64,000 nucleotides of DNA from an uncultured delta proteobacterium. GTDB lineage: Bacteria > Myxococcota_A > Polyangia > Polyangiales > Polyangiaceae. The stretch lies in contig CAWDXG010000004.1 in the NCBI GenBank assembly GCA_963806225.1, positions 1,184,001 to 1,248,000 on the forward strand, in the 5' to 3' direction. The translations under genes and the position numbers were made by a program. This document shows positions 43,702 through 54,908 of the stretch, piece by piece. The first letter of the stretch is position 1, and every line of letters begins with the position of its first letter. Under the pieces are notes generated by a model. It saw nothing but the letters and a program-made list of their open reading frames with translations. It searched no databases and had not been told where the DNA came from.

Positions 43702-46309
43702 CTACAGCCGCTGCTTCAGCCTCGAGAGCAGCTGCAGCGCCTCGAGCGGCGTCAGGCGATCGATGTCGAGCTGGCGCAGGGTCTCGAGCACTTCGCCCTG
43801 GGCTTTCGTCCCCTCGGCAGGTGGCGCGAACAGATCGAGCTGGTTGTCGCTGACGCGGCGAGCGCGCGGGCGCCCCTCGGCGCTCGGCTCGGTGCCGGCG
43901 TGGCTGCCGCTCTCCAGCGCGGCGAGCACCGCGCGCGCGCGCGCCAGCACCGACTCCGGCAAGCCTGCCAGCCGCGCCACCGCGACGCCGTAGCTGCGGC
44001 TCGCCGCGCCCGGCACGAGCCGGTGCAGGAACACCACGTCGTCGCCGATCTCGCGCGCGCTGACGCTGTGGTTGGCGGCGTGCTCGCTGGCTTCCGCCAG
44101 GGCCGTGAGCTCGTGGTAGTGCGTGGCGAACAGGGCGCGCGCGGCGACGGCTTCGTCCAGGTACTCGGCGACGGCCCAGGCGATGGCCAGGCCGTCGAAG
44201 GTGCTCGTGCCGCGACCGATCTCGTCGAGGATGACCAGCGAGCGGCGCGTGGCCGAGCGCAGGATCTCCGCCGTCTCGCGCATCTCGACCATGAACGTGC
44301 TCTCGCCGCGCGCTAGGTTGTCGCTGGCGCCGACGCGCGAGAGCACGCGGTCGACCAGCCCGATGCGCGCCGTGCGCGCCGGCACGTAGCTGCCCATCTG
44401 CGCCAGGATCACCGTCAGCGCCACCTGCCGGAGCAGCGTGCTCTTGCCGGCCATGTTCGGCCCGGTCACGAGCCACAGGTGCTCGCCGCTGATCTCGAGC
44501 TTCACGTCGTTCGGCACGAAGCGCCCCGCCGCGGCCAGCCGCTCCACTACCGGGATGGCGCCCGTCGTGGATTTCCAGCAGCTCGCTGTCGTCGACCTCG
44601 GGGCGGCTAGTAGTCGTAGCGGTGCGCCACGTCGGCGAGCGACGCCGCCACGTCCCAGCGCGACAGCCGCGACGAGAGCGCCGCGATGCGCGCGTTCGCG
44701 GCGCCGGCGCGCCGCACCAGCTGCCGGATTAGCTCGAGCTCGCAGCTCGCGGTGCCGCTCCTCGGCGTGCGTGATGCGGTCGGCCAGGTCGTCGAGCTCG
44801 GTGCTGGTGTAGCGCTCACCCGCTGGCGACCGTCTGCTTGCGCCGCCAGTCCTCCGGCGCGCGCGAGAGCTGCGAGCGGCTGACCTCGATGTACCAGCCG
44901 AACACGCGCGTGTAGCGCACCTTGAGCGTGGCGATGCCGGTCGCTTCGCGCAGCCGCGCCTCGAGCTCGACCATGCGCTCGGCGCCGCTCTTCTTCAGCG
45001 CCGTCTTGCTCGTCCAGCTCCGCGTCGAAGCCCTGGCAGAACACGCCGCCGTCCTTGGGCTGCGCCGGAGGGCGCTCCACCAGCGCGCGCGCGAATTCGT
45101 CAGCCAGGTCGTCGACGGTGTCGACGGCCTCCCCGCCGAGGCCGAGCGTCTCGCGCGACGCCGCGATCCTCGACTGCGTCGAGCAACGCGACCGTCTGCC
45201 GCGCCGCGATCAGGCCGTCGCGCAGCGCGCCGAGGTCGCGCGGGTTCGCTTCGCCCAGCTTCGCGCGCGTGGCCAGCCGCTCCAGATCGCCGATGCCGCC
45301 GAGCAGTCCGCGCAGCTCGTCGCGCAGGCGCGGGTTGATCACGAACAGCTCGACCAGATCCAGCCGGCGGCGGATGCGCTCCACATCGAGCAGAGGCGCG
45401 AGCAGACGGCGGCGGAGCAGCCGCGCGCCGGCAGGTGTCTTCGTGGCATCGATGGCGCCGAGCAGGGTCGTCTCGCGCGCGCCGGACATCGACTGGACCA
45501 GCTCCAGGTGCTCCTGGGCGGTCGGGATCGATGAGCACGAGATCCGGACGGATCCCAGCTCGCGATGCGGCGAACCGGCAGCTCCGCGCCCGGGTTGCAC
45601 GCCGCGGCGAAGCGCAGCGCGCGGGCCGCCGCCAGCCGGGCGGGTTCCGCAATCCCGACGGCGTCCGCGGCGAGCGTCGCCCAGGGCCTGCTCCACCTCG
45701 CTCTGCGTCCAGCGTGGCGTCCTGCCGGACTGCGGCTCGCGGCAGCGCGCCAGCGATGTGCTCGCCTTCGTCCCAGTCGGCGGGAACGAGCACCTCGCGT
45801 GGCGCAGCGCGGGACAGCTCGCCGAGCAGGGCCGCCGGATCCGGCAGCGCCGCCGCGCGGAGCTCCCCGGTGGAGAGGTCGAGCAGCGCAACGCCCACGC
45901 CGCCTTCGCCCGGCTCCACAGCCGCCAGCCAGTTGTTCTTCGACGCATCGAGCTGCTCGCGCTCGGTGATGAGCCCGGGCGTGATCACGCGCACCACCTC
46001 GCGCGGCACGATGCCCTTCACTTTGGACGGGTCGGCCATCTGCTCGCAAATGGCGACCTTGTGCCCGAGCTCGAGCAGCCGCGCGATGTAGCCGTGCGCC
46101 GCGTGGTGCGGCACGCCCGCCATCGGGATTTCGTCCTTCTTGCCCTTGTTGCGGCTGGTCAGCGTGAGATCGAGCAGCCGCGCGGCGAGCACCGCGTCGT
46201 CTTCGAACATCTCGTAGAAGTCGCCCATCCTGAAGAACAGGATGGAGTCCGGGTACGCACGCTTCGCCTCGGCGAACTGCTGCATCACCGGCGTCTTGCG
46301 CCCAGCCAT
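43702..46309 (-). CDS. mutS: DNA mismatch repair protein MutS (about ten frameshifts in 44.5-45.7 kb)
   Basis: [35 protein letters not shown]-terminal [46 protein letters not shown]. Confidence 0.95.
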
Positions 46310-46312
46310 CAG

Positions 46313-49271
46313 CTAATAATACAGATGGCTGACGGCGACGGAGTCCAGGCTGACGAGCGCGAGCCCTTCAGCGGCTCCATCCGCCACCGCCAGCTGGCCG
46401 ATCTGCGGGACGAACACCATCGAGAGCGGAGTCGACCGACGTGGTCTGCGAAGTCAGGTTCGCCACCAGCGGGGAGAAGCCGCCGCTCGTCGTCCACCCG
46501 AACGACATGTCGCGCTCGGAAGGTGCGTCGCCGCGATACACGGCGAAGCGGGCGTTCAGGCTGCTGAACACGCAGGCGTTGTCGGGCTTGACCGGCACGC
46601 TGTCGACGACGCACCCGAGCACGGGACAGTCGGAGGGCGCGTCCTTCTGGTTGCACTTGTCGGCCTGCGCCTTGGTGGCGATCTCGAATGCGCGCCCCTT
46701 GAGCAACGCGCGCCGCGGATTGCAGTCGGGAACGCAGCGCCCGTCGGAGGCGGTGGTCATGTGGTGGCGGAAACCCGACTTGCTACCGGTCAGTATCCAC
46801 TGGCGGCCGCCGCGGATCGTGTACTTCTGCTCCGCCGGCAAGCAGCAGCGTATCGTGCTCAGGGTCACGCCCTTGCCGCTGGGTTCGACGACCAGGTGGT
46901 CAGTGTAGGCCTCGCGAATCGTGAGGTCCCTGGCCAGGGTCGGCACGTCGGGCGTTCCGAACGCGCCCACGCAGTTGAAGTGGCCGTTGGACTCCCCGCC
47001 GCATTCCTTCGCCGCGTCCGTCTTCCAGTACGAGTCACCGCTGTCCGGCACGGCACTCTCGAGCTGCACGTAGTCCGCGTGGTTCAGCGCGAATCGGTCG
47101 AGGCTCTGGGTCACGCCCAGCGTGTTCTTCGCGTAGGCCTTCGTCGCGTCGTAGTCCTCGACGCCGCGGTCGCAGAAGAAGGCCCCCGGGTCACTGAAAT
47201 CTGGCGCCGACAGTGCGAGGACGCCGGAGTTGCGGTCACCCATGATCGGCCCCTCGAAAGTCAGCGTGAAGTCCTCCCTGGCCGCATACGCGCGCGGTTC
47301 ATTGAACGGCAGCACCAGCGAGTCGTTCTCCGCCGTGGCCGGATCGATATCGAGAGGGTTCTTGGCATCGCCGCGCTTCACGTAGGTCGACCCGATGAAT
47401 GCCTGCGCCGGCGCAGAGGGTCCGAAGTCCACACCGAGCAACCGGGGCGGCGCTCCCTCGGGCGGCGCGCTGCCCTGAGGCGTGTGCAGGCGCGGGTAGG
47501 ACCTGAGCGCCGGAGCGCGCACGCCCGTGCTGGAGTCCGCCAGGACGAAGTTGGCGCTCCGCGTGCGGTGCCGCTCGACCACATTGCAGCTCGCCTCGTC
47601 CGACACCGTCGGCGTGGGGTTGGCGCCGCTGCCCGTCTGGTAGCCTGCGATGCTCTGCGGGTCGCCGGCGCAGCCGCGGAAGTCCGGCGTGGAAGAGTGG
47701 TTGGCTTCCACCGGCCGCCGGCAGCGGGCGTCGAAGTCGTCCTCGTCGATCACGGCGATCTGACCGCTGGACAGCATCACGAACCCGAACACGCCCCTGA
47801 GCTTGCGGGGAGACGCGCCGCTGGAGAGATCGCTCGAGGTGCGATAGCTGGCGGCGACCGAATCGGTCGGGATCGACGGATCTGGATTGCACTCCTGCCC
47901 GATCTGGGCCACCCCGGTCTTTGGATCCGGAGTGGGCACGTCGCGCAGCGCAAACGTGATGTCCCGGGCAGGAGACGAGAACGCGAGCCTGTCAGGTGCC
48001 TCGAACGGCAGCCACGGCGAGCCCGGCCGCACGATGGGCGTGCGATCCGACGAACCGGGGCTCACGTCGAAGATCATGACGCTGCCGTCCATCTCGTCGA
48101 TCGCATACGCGAAACGTTTGTTGTCCGTGGTCAGCGGGCTCACCGCCACACGGCTCGTCGTCACGACGCGCCCCGGCGAATCGAAGGACTCGGGCAGGAG
48201 CGGCGGCTCTTCGCTGACGTTGCAAGGATCGGAAACGTCGAAGACGTGCACCACCGGAGCGCCCTCGTCGGCCACGTAGAGCTTCTTTCCGGAAACCGCA
48301 AAACCGGCGGGACGGGTCAGGTAGCTCTGCGACGGCGGTCCGTAGTTGAGATCCGGCGGGGTGCAGCCCGCCTTCTGCAGATCGGGAGGCAGCGGCTGCT
48401 TGATGTCCGACGCGGGTAGGTCGACCTTCGGGTGGATGCGCCGCTCGACGGGGCATGCACCGAAGCTCCCGGGCGGACGGTCCAGCAGCTGCTGCGCGTC
48501 GATGATATCGATCTCGCCCAGCTTGGGCAGCGCCACGGCCAGCTTGCGACGCCCCGGCGGGTTCGTCTCCAGGGCGAGATCGGCCGCGCACTCGCCGCGC
48601 GTGGCGGCAACCGCCTGGCCCACCGCCCCTGCGTCGTCCGTGTAGGGCGCGGCGCAGCTCACCCGCTCGCGCGGCGGAGTGGCCGGATTGTTGTCGTCGT
48701 CCTTCGGCGGATCGACAAGGATCGCCATGCTGCCGGGAGCGCTGGGAAGCTTGCACGCGGGCCAGCTCGTCAGATCGCGGACCTGCTCGTAGCCGCCGTC
48801 GGACTTCCTCTGCGGCCGCCCGACGCAGCTCGAGGGCAGCGCGTAGATGCCCTGCTTGCCGGCCTCGGCCACACCGACGAACGTCGCCACGCCGCCCGGC
48901 GTCGAGACGATGTTGACCGGGTTCGCTCCCACTGGCAGGAAGCTGAAGCCCGGGGTCGACGGGTCCACGTCGACCACGTTGCCGGCGGTCAGGTCAACCA
49001 CGGCGACCTCGCCGCGCAGCGTCTGCGTCACCAGAGCCAGCAGCCGGTTCGCCCCCGCGGCGTAGTCCGGGCAGTCGTTGATGTCGCGCCCCTGGCCGTC
49101 CGGACCGACGCACACGAAGGACACGGCGCCGCTGCGCTCGAGCGACCGGAGCGGCTGCGTCACCGGCGTCTGCGAACAGCCGCCCAGTGCGACCGCGGCA
49201 GCGGCGAAAGCGAGTACCAGGCCAAACGCCGCCCGGCCCGGAAGGGTGCGCTCTGGAAAGGTGACGCTCAC
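46313..49271 (-). CDS. large Cys-rich hypothetical lipoprotein, beta-propeller-like (frameshift near 46430)
   Basis: GTG start overlaps the upstream TGA; lipobox ALGGC; repaired C-terminus ...GQLAVADGAAEGLALVSLDSVAVSHLYY-TAG ends 3 nt before the mutS ATG. Confidence 0.8.
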
Positions 49272-51025
49272 TTCGATGCCCTCGGCGCCTTCGGATTGCC
49301 GATGGTCATGATGATCTGCCCGTAGGTGGGGTGTTGTTGATCCAGGTCGATCATCCCGATGTACGAGTCGGTGAAATGGCCGACGAAGCCATAGGCATAC
49401 CCGGGTGCGTCCTGCGACGGGTCCACGCCGGGCGCCTGCGGTTCGATGTCCACGGCGAATGCATGCGGGCCACGGCCGGTCTCGATCCACTTCTCGATGG
49501 TGTCTGTGTCGGGGTTGTAGATGCCGATGCGGCGCGAGTCGAAACACACGACGAACACCCGACGTTCCCTGAGACCGGTCGGTCCGATGACATCGCCCAC
49601 CAGGACCCGTGACGGCCCGAAAGGCAGCGGCACGGAACGGTAGAAGTGGGGCAGATCATCGCTGGAGGTGGCGCTCGCGTTCGTGCGCGTCTGTCCCACG
49701 AGCAGGCTCGAGGGAGTGCGGTTGGCGACGTAGATGCCCAGCGGGATGCCGGCGCAGCTCTTCAGGCAGTCGAACGCCGCGGCTCCCCCGCCCGTCTTGA
49801 TGTCGCAGCGCCGCTCGCAGGCCTGGCGTCTCGAAGCGTCGATCGCGATGCCGCGCGAATCGAAGCTCACCGAATTCGCCGTGACATCGACCGAGCCGGA
49901 CTGCTGGATGAAGGGACGCGCCGGATTGTTCGGCTGGCCGTTGGAGGCGTACTGGTCGCTGTAGTACCGGAACAGCCCGATCTGGGCGGCGTCGCGGTAC
50001 GTCACCAGGAAGCCCGGCTGGTAATTGGTGGCGCTTCCCGTCGCGGGGTCCGGCACCGTCACCATCTCCGGCTCCGGCACCTCCGCGATGCCGATGGGGC
50101 GGCTCGGCATGTTGCCGACGATGAACTCCAGCTTCGGGCCCGTGCCGAAGCTGGTGGTGCCGTTGCCCCAGCTAGATGCGTCGTTGACGAACAGCGAGAC
50201 CTTGCCCTCGGTCTGGTGGGTGACGGCGATGGCTTCGCCGTCCGGCGTCGCCGCGATACCGAAAGGCTCGGTCGGCAGCCGGAGCCCCCGAGTGTTTTCC
50301 TGATCCGGATTGTCGCCCACGCGATGCTGGTCGTCGCAGCGTCCGTTGTTGTTCCGCTGCCCGCATTCCAGTTCGAAGCTGGTGTGCTGGGCCTTTTCGT
50401 CGTCGTCGACCTCGACGTAGTGCAGCGTCGCGTCACCCCGAACGGGGATGAACAGGCGTCCGCCGGGCTGCGGGTTGCCCTGCGCATCGGCCGGGCGCGG
50501 GATGTACAGCACGTCGGTGGCGAACGCGCCGATGCCGACGCTGGCAACCACAACCGGACTTCCCCCGTCCTGCGGATGGACGGGGTCGAGGTGACCGCAA
50601 CGGCCCGGTTCCAGCACGCGGTGCGCGGGGCTCTTGTCCCCAAGCGCCCCGCACGGCCTGCCCGCCCAGGGGCCGCTGCTGTCGACGCACCAATGGCTCG
50701 GCGCGCCCGCGTTCTGGTCGGTAGGGGCGAGGTCGCAGCGCTGGCTTGTCCCGCAATCGGCGTCGGACGTGCAGTAGTGTGGCGCCAGCGCGCGCAACCG
50801 GTCGAGATCGTACGCCTGCAGCGAGCCCGCGTTGTACTGCAGGTCGAAATCGCTGTTGGCCACGTACAGCCGGGTGGCTCCCGGGCTCACGGCCATGCCG
50901 ACCGGGAAGTAGATGCTGTCGAGCGGCGGATCAACGCCGTGCCCCGGTGAGTAACAACCGGATGCGGCCGCAACGAGCACCGCGGCGAGTGCTCCCTGGG
51001 TCAACCTTCGGAAAAACGCCGCCAT
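49268..51025 (-). CDS. hypothetical lipoprotein, YncE/YVTN-like beta-propeller
   Basis: Lipobox AASGC; blade-like motifs FPVGMAVSPGATRLYVANS, EPFGIAATPDG, GIYVANR, ETGRGPHAFA. Confidence 0.8.
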   Translation of the reverse strand: MAAFFRRLTQGALAAVLVAAASGCYSPGHGVDPPLDSIYFPVGMAVSPGATRLYVANSDFDLQYNAGSLQAYDLDRLRALAPHYCTSDADCGTSQRCDLAPTDQNAGAPSHWCVDSSGPWAGRPCGALGDKSPAHRVLEPGRCGHLDPVHPQDGGSPVVVASVGIGAFATDVLYIPRPADAQGNPQPGGRLFIPVRGDATLHYVEVDDDEKAQHTSFELECGQRNNNGRCDDQHRVGDNPDQENTRGLRLPTEPFGIAATPDGEAIAVTHQTEGKVSLFVNDASSWGNGTTSFGTGPKLEFIVGNMPSRPIGIAEVPEPEMVTVPDPATGSATNYQPGFLVTYRDAAQIGLFRYYSDQYASNGQPNNPARPFIQQSGSVDVTANSVSFDSRGIAIDASRRQACERRCDIKTGGGAAAFDCLKSCAGIPLGIYVANRTPSSLLVGQTRTNASATSSDDLPHFYRSVPLPFGPSRVLVGDVIGPTGLRERRVFVVCFDSRRIGIYNPDTDTIEKWIETGRGPHAFAVDIEPQAPGVDPSQDAPGYAYGFVGHFTDSYIGMIDLDQQHPTYGQIIMTIGNPKAPRASK

Positions 51026-51128
51026 CGGGCGGCGGAGCCTAGTACATCGAGGCCGACAACGCGACGCGAGTTCCGGGCGCTTCCCCGGCCCACGCCGCGT
51101 CAGGCTCGAGGCGCGCAGCTCGGCCTCA

Positions 51129-51174
51129 CGGCGACGAGTTCCGGACGGGCCCGGAGCCCGGCAAACTCTCGCCG
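51129..51174. terminator. imperfect GC-rich hairpin, possible terminator
   Basis: cggcga-c-gagtt-ccgg ... ccgg-ca-aactc-tcgccg arms just downstream of the small minus-strand gene. Confidence 0.35.
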
Positions 51175-51198
51175 TTCTATTGGGGGGGGTGGTATCAG

Positions 51199-51375
51199 CT
51201 AGGCGAGATCGAGGATCACGACGCCGCGCTCGACTGGCTCCTCGTCCTCGGTGGGCTCGGGGGCCGGCCGGTGCGTGTCGAGAGGCAACTCCAGACGCGG
51301 CCGTTCGCCTTGGTGGCGATGGAGCTCGTCTTCCTCACGACGCCGGATCTGGTCGATGATAAATGGAGGGAGCAT
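51199..51375 (-). CDS. small protein (58 aa)
   Basis: MLPPFIIDQIRRREE...RPRLELP...ERGVVILDLA; has its own upstream promoter. Confidence 0.7.
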   Translation of the reverse strand: MLPPFIIDQIRRREEDELHRHQGERPRLELPLDTHRPAPEPTEDEEPVERGVVILDLA

Positions 51376-51423
51376 TTGCAGCCTCGCTTTCGGGGGGTCC
51401 GCAGCCTGCAAAGCTGGAACTAC

Positions 51424-51456
51424 TCGCTAATTTAGCGACACCCCGCGAAGGGTCAA
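51424..51456 (-). promoter_or_regulatory. sigma70-type promoter overlapped by a 7-1-7 palindrome
   Basis: Minus strand TTGACC-N16-TAAATT; TCGCTAA-T-TTAGCGA at 51424-51438 covers the -10 box. Confidence 0.55.
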
Positions 51457-51567
51457 GTTCAGTAGATCCCGAGCATTGATCAACACTTGCGCACCTCCGC
51501 CCACGGCCCGGCGGCCGGATCGCCAGCTTGCCGGCCGGAGCGCGCTGGCGTGCTAGCTTGCCCCTCG

Positions 51568-52901
51568 ATGCGCGCCCACGCGCGGCTCGGCTGTTTTGCG
51601 CTCCTCTGGCTGGCCTGCGTGCTCGTCGCGGTACCGGCACAGGCAGCGTTCGGATACCACGACAAGAGCTGGCAGGGCACGAGCGAGCTTCTCGCCATCG
51701 CGCAGAACAAACTCGGCAAGGACCGCGTGCGCGTGGTCGAGAAGCTCGACTACGACGAGCTGAAGCCGGCCGACGGCGTCATCGTGCTGCATCCGGTGGT
51801 GCAACTCGACTACCAGGACATCAGCGCGTTCCTCCGGGCCGGCGGGCGCCTGGCAGTGCTGGACGACTACGGCACGGCCGCACCGCTGCTCGAGCACTTC
51901 CACATCCACCGCATCCCGGCTCCGACCCACCCGGCAGAGATGCTGCGGCACAATCCCGAGCTCGCGATTGCGGTACCGGCCGTACAGCAGGTCGCCGGCT
52001 ACGAGCAGGGACGCCATCCGGTCGTGGCCAAGGTGCAGAAACTAGTCACCAACCACCCGACCGCGCTCGTCCACCCGAACCTGACGCCGGTCCTCACCAT
52101 CCCCGCTGTCGGCGAACCCGACGCCACGCTGGCGGTCACCGGCATCATCGTCAACCGGGGCCGGCTGTTCGCGATGGGCGATCCCTCCGCTGTCATCAAC
52201 CTGATGCTGCGCTATCCGGGCAACCGGGCGTTCACCGAGGGTCTGATCGACTACCTGCTGGAGGACGACACCTGGGGACGGCGCGAGCGGCACGCTTGTA
52301 TCTGCTTGCCGGGCGCTTCGAGCAGAGCGGCCACTACGGCGGCGGCAGCACCCTGGCGCAGGATCTCCACGACTACCTGGGGGGCTTTCTGCAAATGCTC
52401 GGCGACGTGCACCGCGATGGTCTACCCGACACCCTGGCGCTGATCCTCGCCTCACTGGTCTCCCTGGGCGGCCTGGCGTGGGTGGGTCTGGTCTCCACGC
52501 GGCCCTACCGGCGCAGGACGCCGCGCTACGCCGCCGCCACGCCGTTGGTCGCCCAGGGCGGGGTCGCCGGCCGCGCCGCGGTGCTCGCCGCCCCGACGAC
52601 CCACCGCGGGCTCGCACTGCTGGAGCTCAAGAGCGCCCTGGAAGAAGGCCTGGTCCACCGCCTGGGGCTCGACTCGCGCGTGGCGACGGCTACTCTCCTG
52701 TCCGAGATCGATCGACAGAACGCGCTCAGTCGGCGATCGTCCGGAGAGCTCAAGCAGATGCTGGACGAGTTGAAAAGGGTCGAGGCATCCGTCACGGCGT
52801 CGCAGCCGGTCCGGGTGAAGCAGCGCGACGTCGAACGAATCCAGAAGCGCGTGCTCGCCATCCTCGCCGAAGTCGACGAACATCTCGGGAGCACGCGGTG
52901 A
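51568..52901 (+). CDS. DUF4350-like membrane-anchored protein (frameshifts near 52285-52300)
   Basis: Signal peptide; AFLRAGGRLAVLDD, GRLFAMGDPSAVINLML; TM segment; directly upstream of moxR. Confidence 0.7.
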
Positions 52902-53869
52902 CGCACGCCCTGCAGGTCACCGAGATCGAGGCCGCCCGCGAGCGGCTGCTCGACGTGCAACGCCAGGTCACCAGGGTGTACATCGGGGAGTCCGCACCCG
53001 TGGACATGATGCTGGTCGCGCTGCTCGCGCGCGGGCACGTGCTGCTGGAGGGCGTACCGGGCATCGCGAAGACGACGCTGGTCAAGGCGTTCGCCACGAC
53101 GCTCGGCTGCTCGGTGCGCCGCGTCCAGTTCACACCGGACCTGCTACCCGCGGACATCACGGGCACCTATGTGCTGAGCCCGAAGGACGGCACGTTCTCG
53201 CTCCGGGCTGGACCGATCTTCGCCAACGTCGTGCTCGCCGACGAGATCAACCGCGCGCCCGCCAAGACCCAGTCGGCCCTGCTCGAAGCCATGCAGGAGC
53301 GCCAGGTCACGATCGAAGGCGACCGTTTCGAGCTGCCCGATCCGTTCTTCGTGCTCGCCACGCAGAATCCGATCGATCTGGAGGGCACCTACCCTCTGCC
53401 CGAAGCGCAGATCGACCGCTTCCTGGTGCGCGTCCGGATGGGCTACCCCGCGGCGCGCGACGAGGTAACGATGCTCCGCGCTCACGGCGTGGCCGCACCC
53501 GAACCGGAATCCGTACTCAGCGCCAGCGACGCGCTCCAGCTCCAATCGATCGCCGCGCGCGTCCACGTCGAGGACGACATCTACGAGTACGCGGTGAGCC
53601 TGGTGGGCTACACGCGCACCCACCCGCGCGTGGTGCTGGGCGCGTCGCCCCGCGCATCGCTGGGCCTGCTGCGGGCCGCGAAGGCAAGAGCAGTGCTCGA
53701 GGGACGCCCCTTCACCACGCCCGACGACGTGCGCCACGTGGCGGGTCCGGTGCTCGCGCACCGCTTGATCCTGGTGCCGGAGCTCGAGGATGACGCGCGG
53801 GCACGCAGCGCCGTGATCGACGAGGCGCTGAACAAAGTCGGCTACCGGCGGGCAGTCAGGCCCGTCTAG
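52898..53869 (+). CDS. moxR: MoxR-family AAA+ ATPase
   Basis: [72 protein letters not shown] overlap with the upstream gene. Confidence 0.95.
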   Translation: MTHALQVTEIEAARERLLDVQRQVTRVYIGESAPVDMMLVALLARGHVLLEGVPGIAKTTLVKAFATTLGCSVRRVQFTPDLLPADITGTYVLSPKDGTFSLRAGPIFANVVLADEINRAPAKTQSALLEAMQERQVTIEGDRFELPDPFFVLATQNPIDLEGTYPLPEAQIDRFLVRVRMGYPAARDEVTMLRAHGVAAPEPESVLSASDALQLQSIAARVHVEDDIYEYAVSLVGYTRTHPRVVLGASPRASLGLLRAAKARAVLEGRPFTTPDDVRHVAGPVLAHRLILVPELEDDARARSAVIDEALNKVGYRRAVRPV

Positions 53870-53946
53870 GGCGCGCAAGGCCGCGCCTTTACAGCAGAAT
53901 GTACTGGTTGACGCCCGCGGCGTGTGCGGACTGTACTCTCGGGACC

Positions 53947-54877
53947 ATGAAACGCCTCAGCGTGCTGCTCGCTGTCTGCCTCGGTGTGACCGGGGCGGCG
54001 GCATGTTCCAACCAGAAGCCCGAGCCCCAGGTCGCCTCCTCCGCGGGCATGGAGGGCTACGCTTCGCGATATCCGAACAAGCTCGCCTCGACGCGCGGCC
54101 AGTTCGACCAACAGGAGTCGAAGGCGCGCGAGCTCACCGGAGCCTTCGCGACCTACCCCGACCAGCTCGACAAGCCGAACTGGTCGGACGTGGCCACGGT
54201 GGTCGACAAGGCGGACAGCTCCGGGAGGAGCAGCGCCTACGTCCAGCGCGCCGAGGCCGACAAGAACGTCTCCGAGTTCTTCGACGACGAGAAGGCCGAG
54301 ATCGAGAAGAAGGTCGGCGGCGCGGCCAATTACGCCATCAAGAAGAAGGGCTGTGACGCCGACGCCTACGGCGCCACATCGCATGCGCTCGAGACCGCGG
54401 TCGACAAGCAACTCGAAAAGCGCATGCGCGAGCGCAACGAGGCGCAGGAGCTACATCGACGACCACGAGGACTCGATCGGCAAGAACAACGTCGACAAGC
54501 TGCAAAAGCAGGCCGACGACATCGCCTACGCCAGCTACCTGTCGAACATCGCCGTGATCCAGACCAAGGTCGACCTCGCGCGCATGGCGGCCGAGGCCTC
54601 GGACGTGAAGAGCACGCTGGAGCGCAGCATCAAGGACGAGCAGGCCGCGGCGAACGACGCGAACCGCTCGGACTCCGAGCGCAAGGCCGCCCAGGCGCGC
54701 CTGCAGGCCGACAAGGACGCGGAGGCACGCATCGACTCGGAGCTTTCGCAGGCCCAGACCGTGATGAAACAGGTCGACGATCGCGTCAAGAAGCTGAAGG
54801 CCGAGTACGACCAGGCGCTGAAGGATCTGAAAACCAAGATCCAGCAGAAACAACAGGCAGCGGGCAACAAGAGCTAG
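53947..54877 (+). CDS. coiled-coil hypothetical lipoprotein (frameshift near 54450)
   Basis: [24 protein letters not shown]-rich helices; two ORFs join after removing one G. Confidence 0.8.
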
Positions 54878-54908
54878 CGTTCGCTCTGCTCGTCGCGGGA
54901 TCGCCGCC

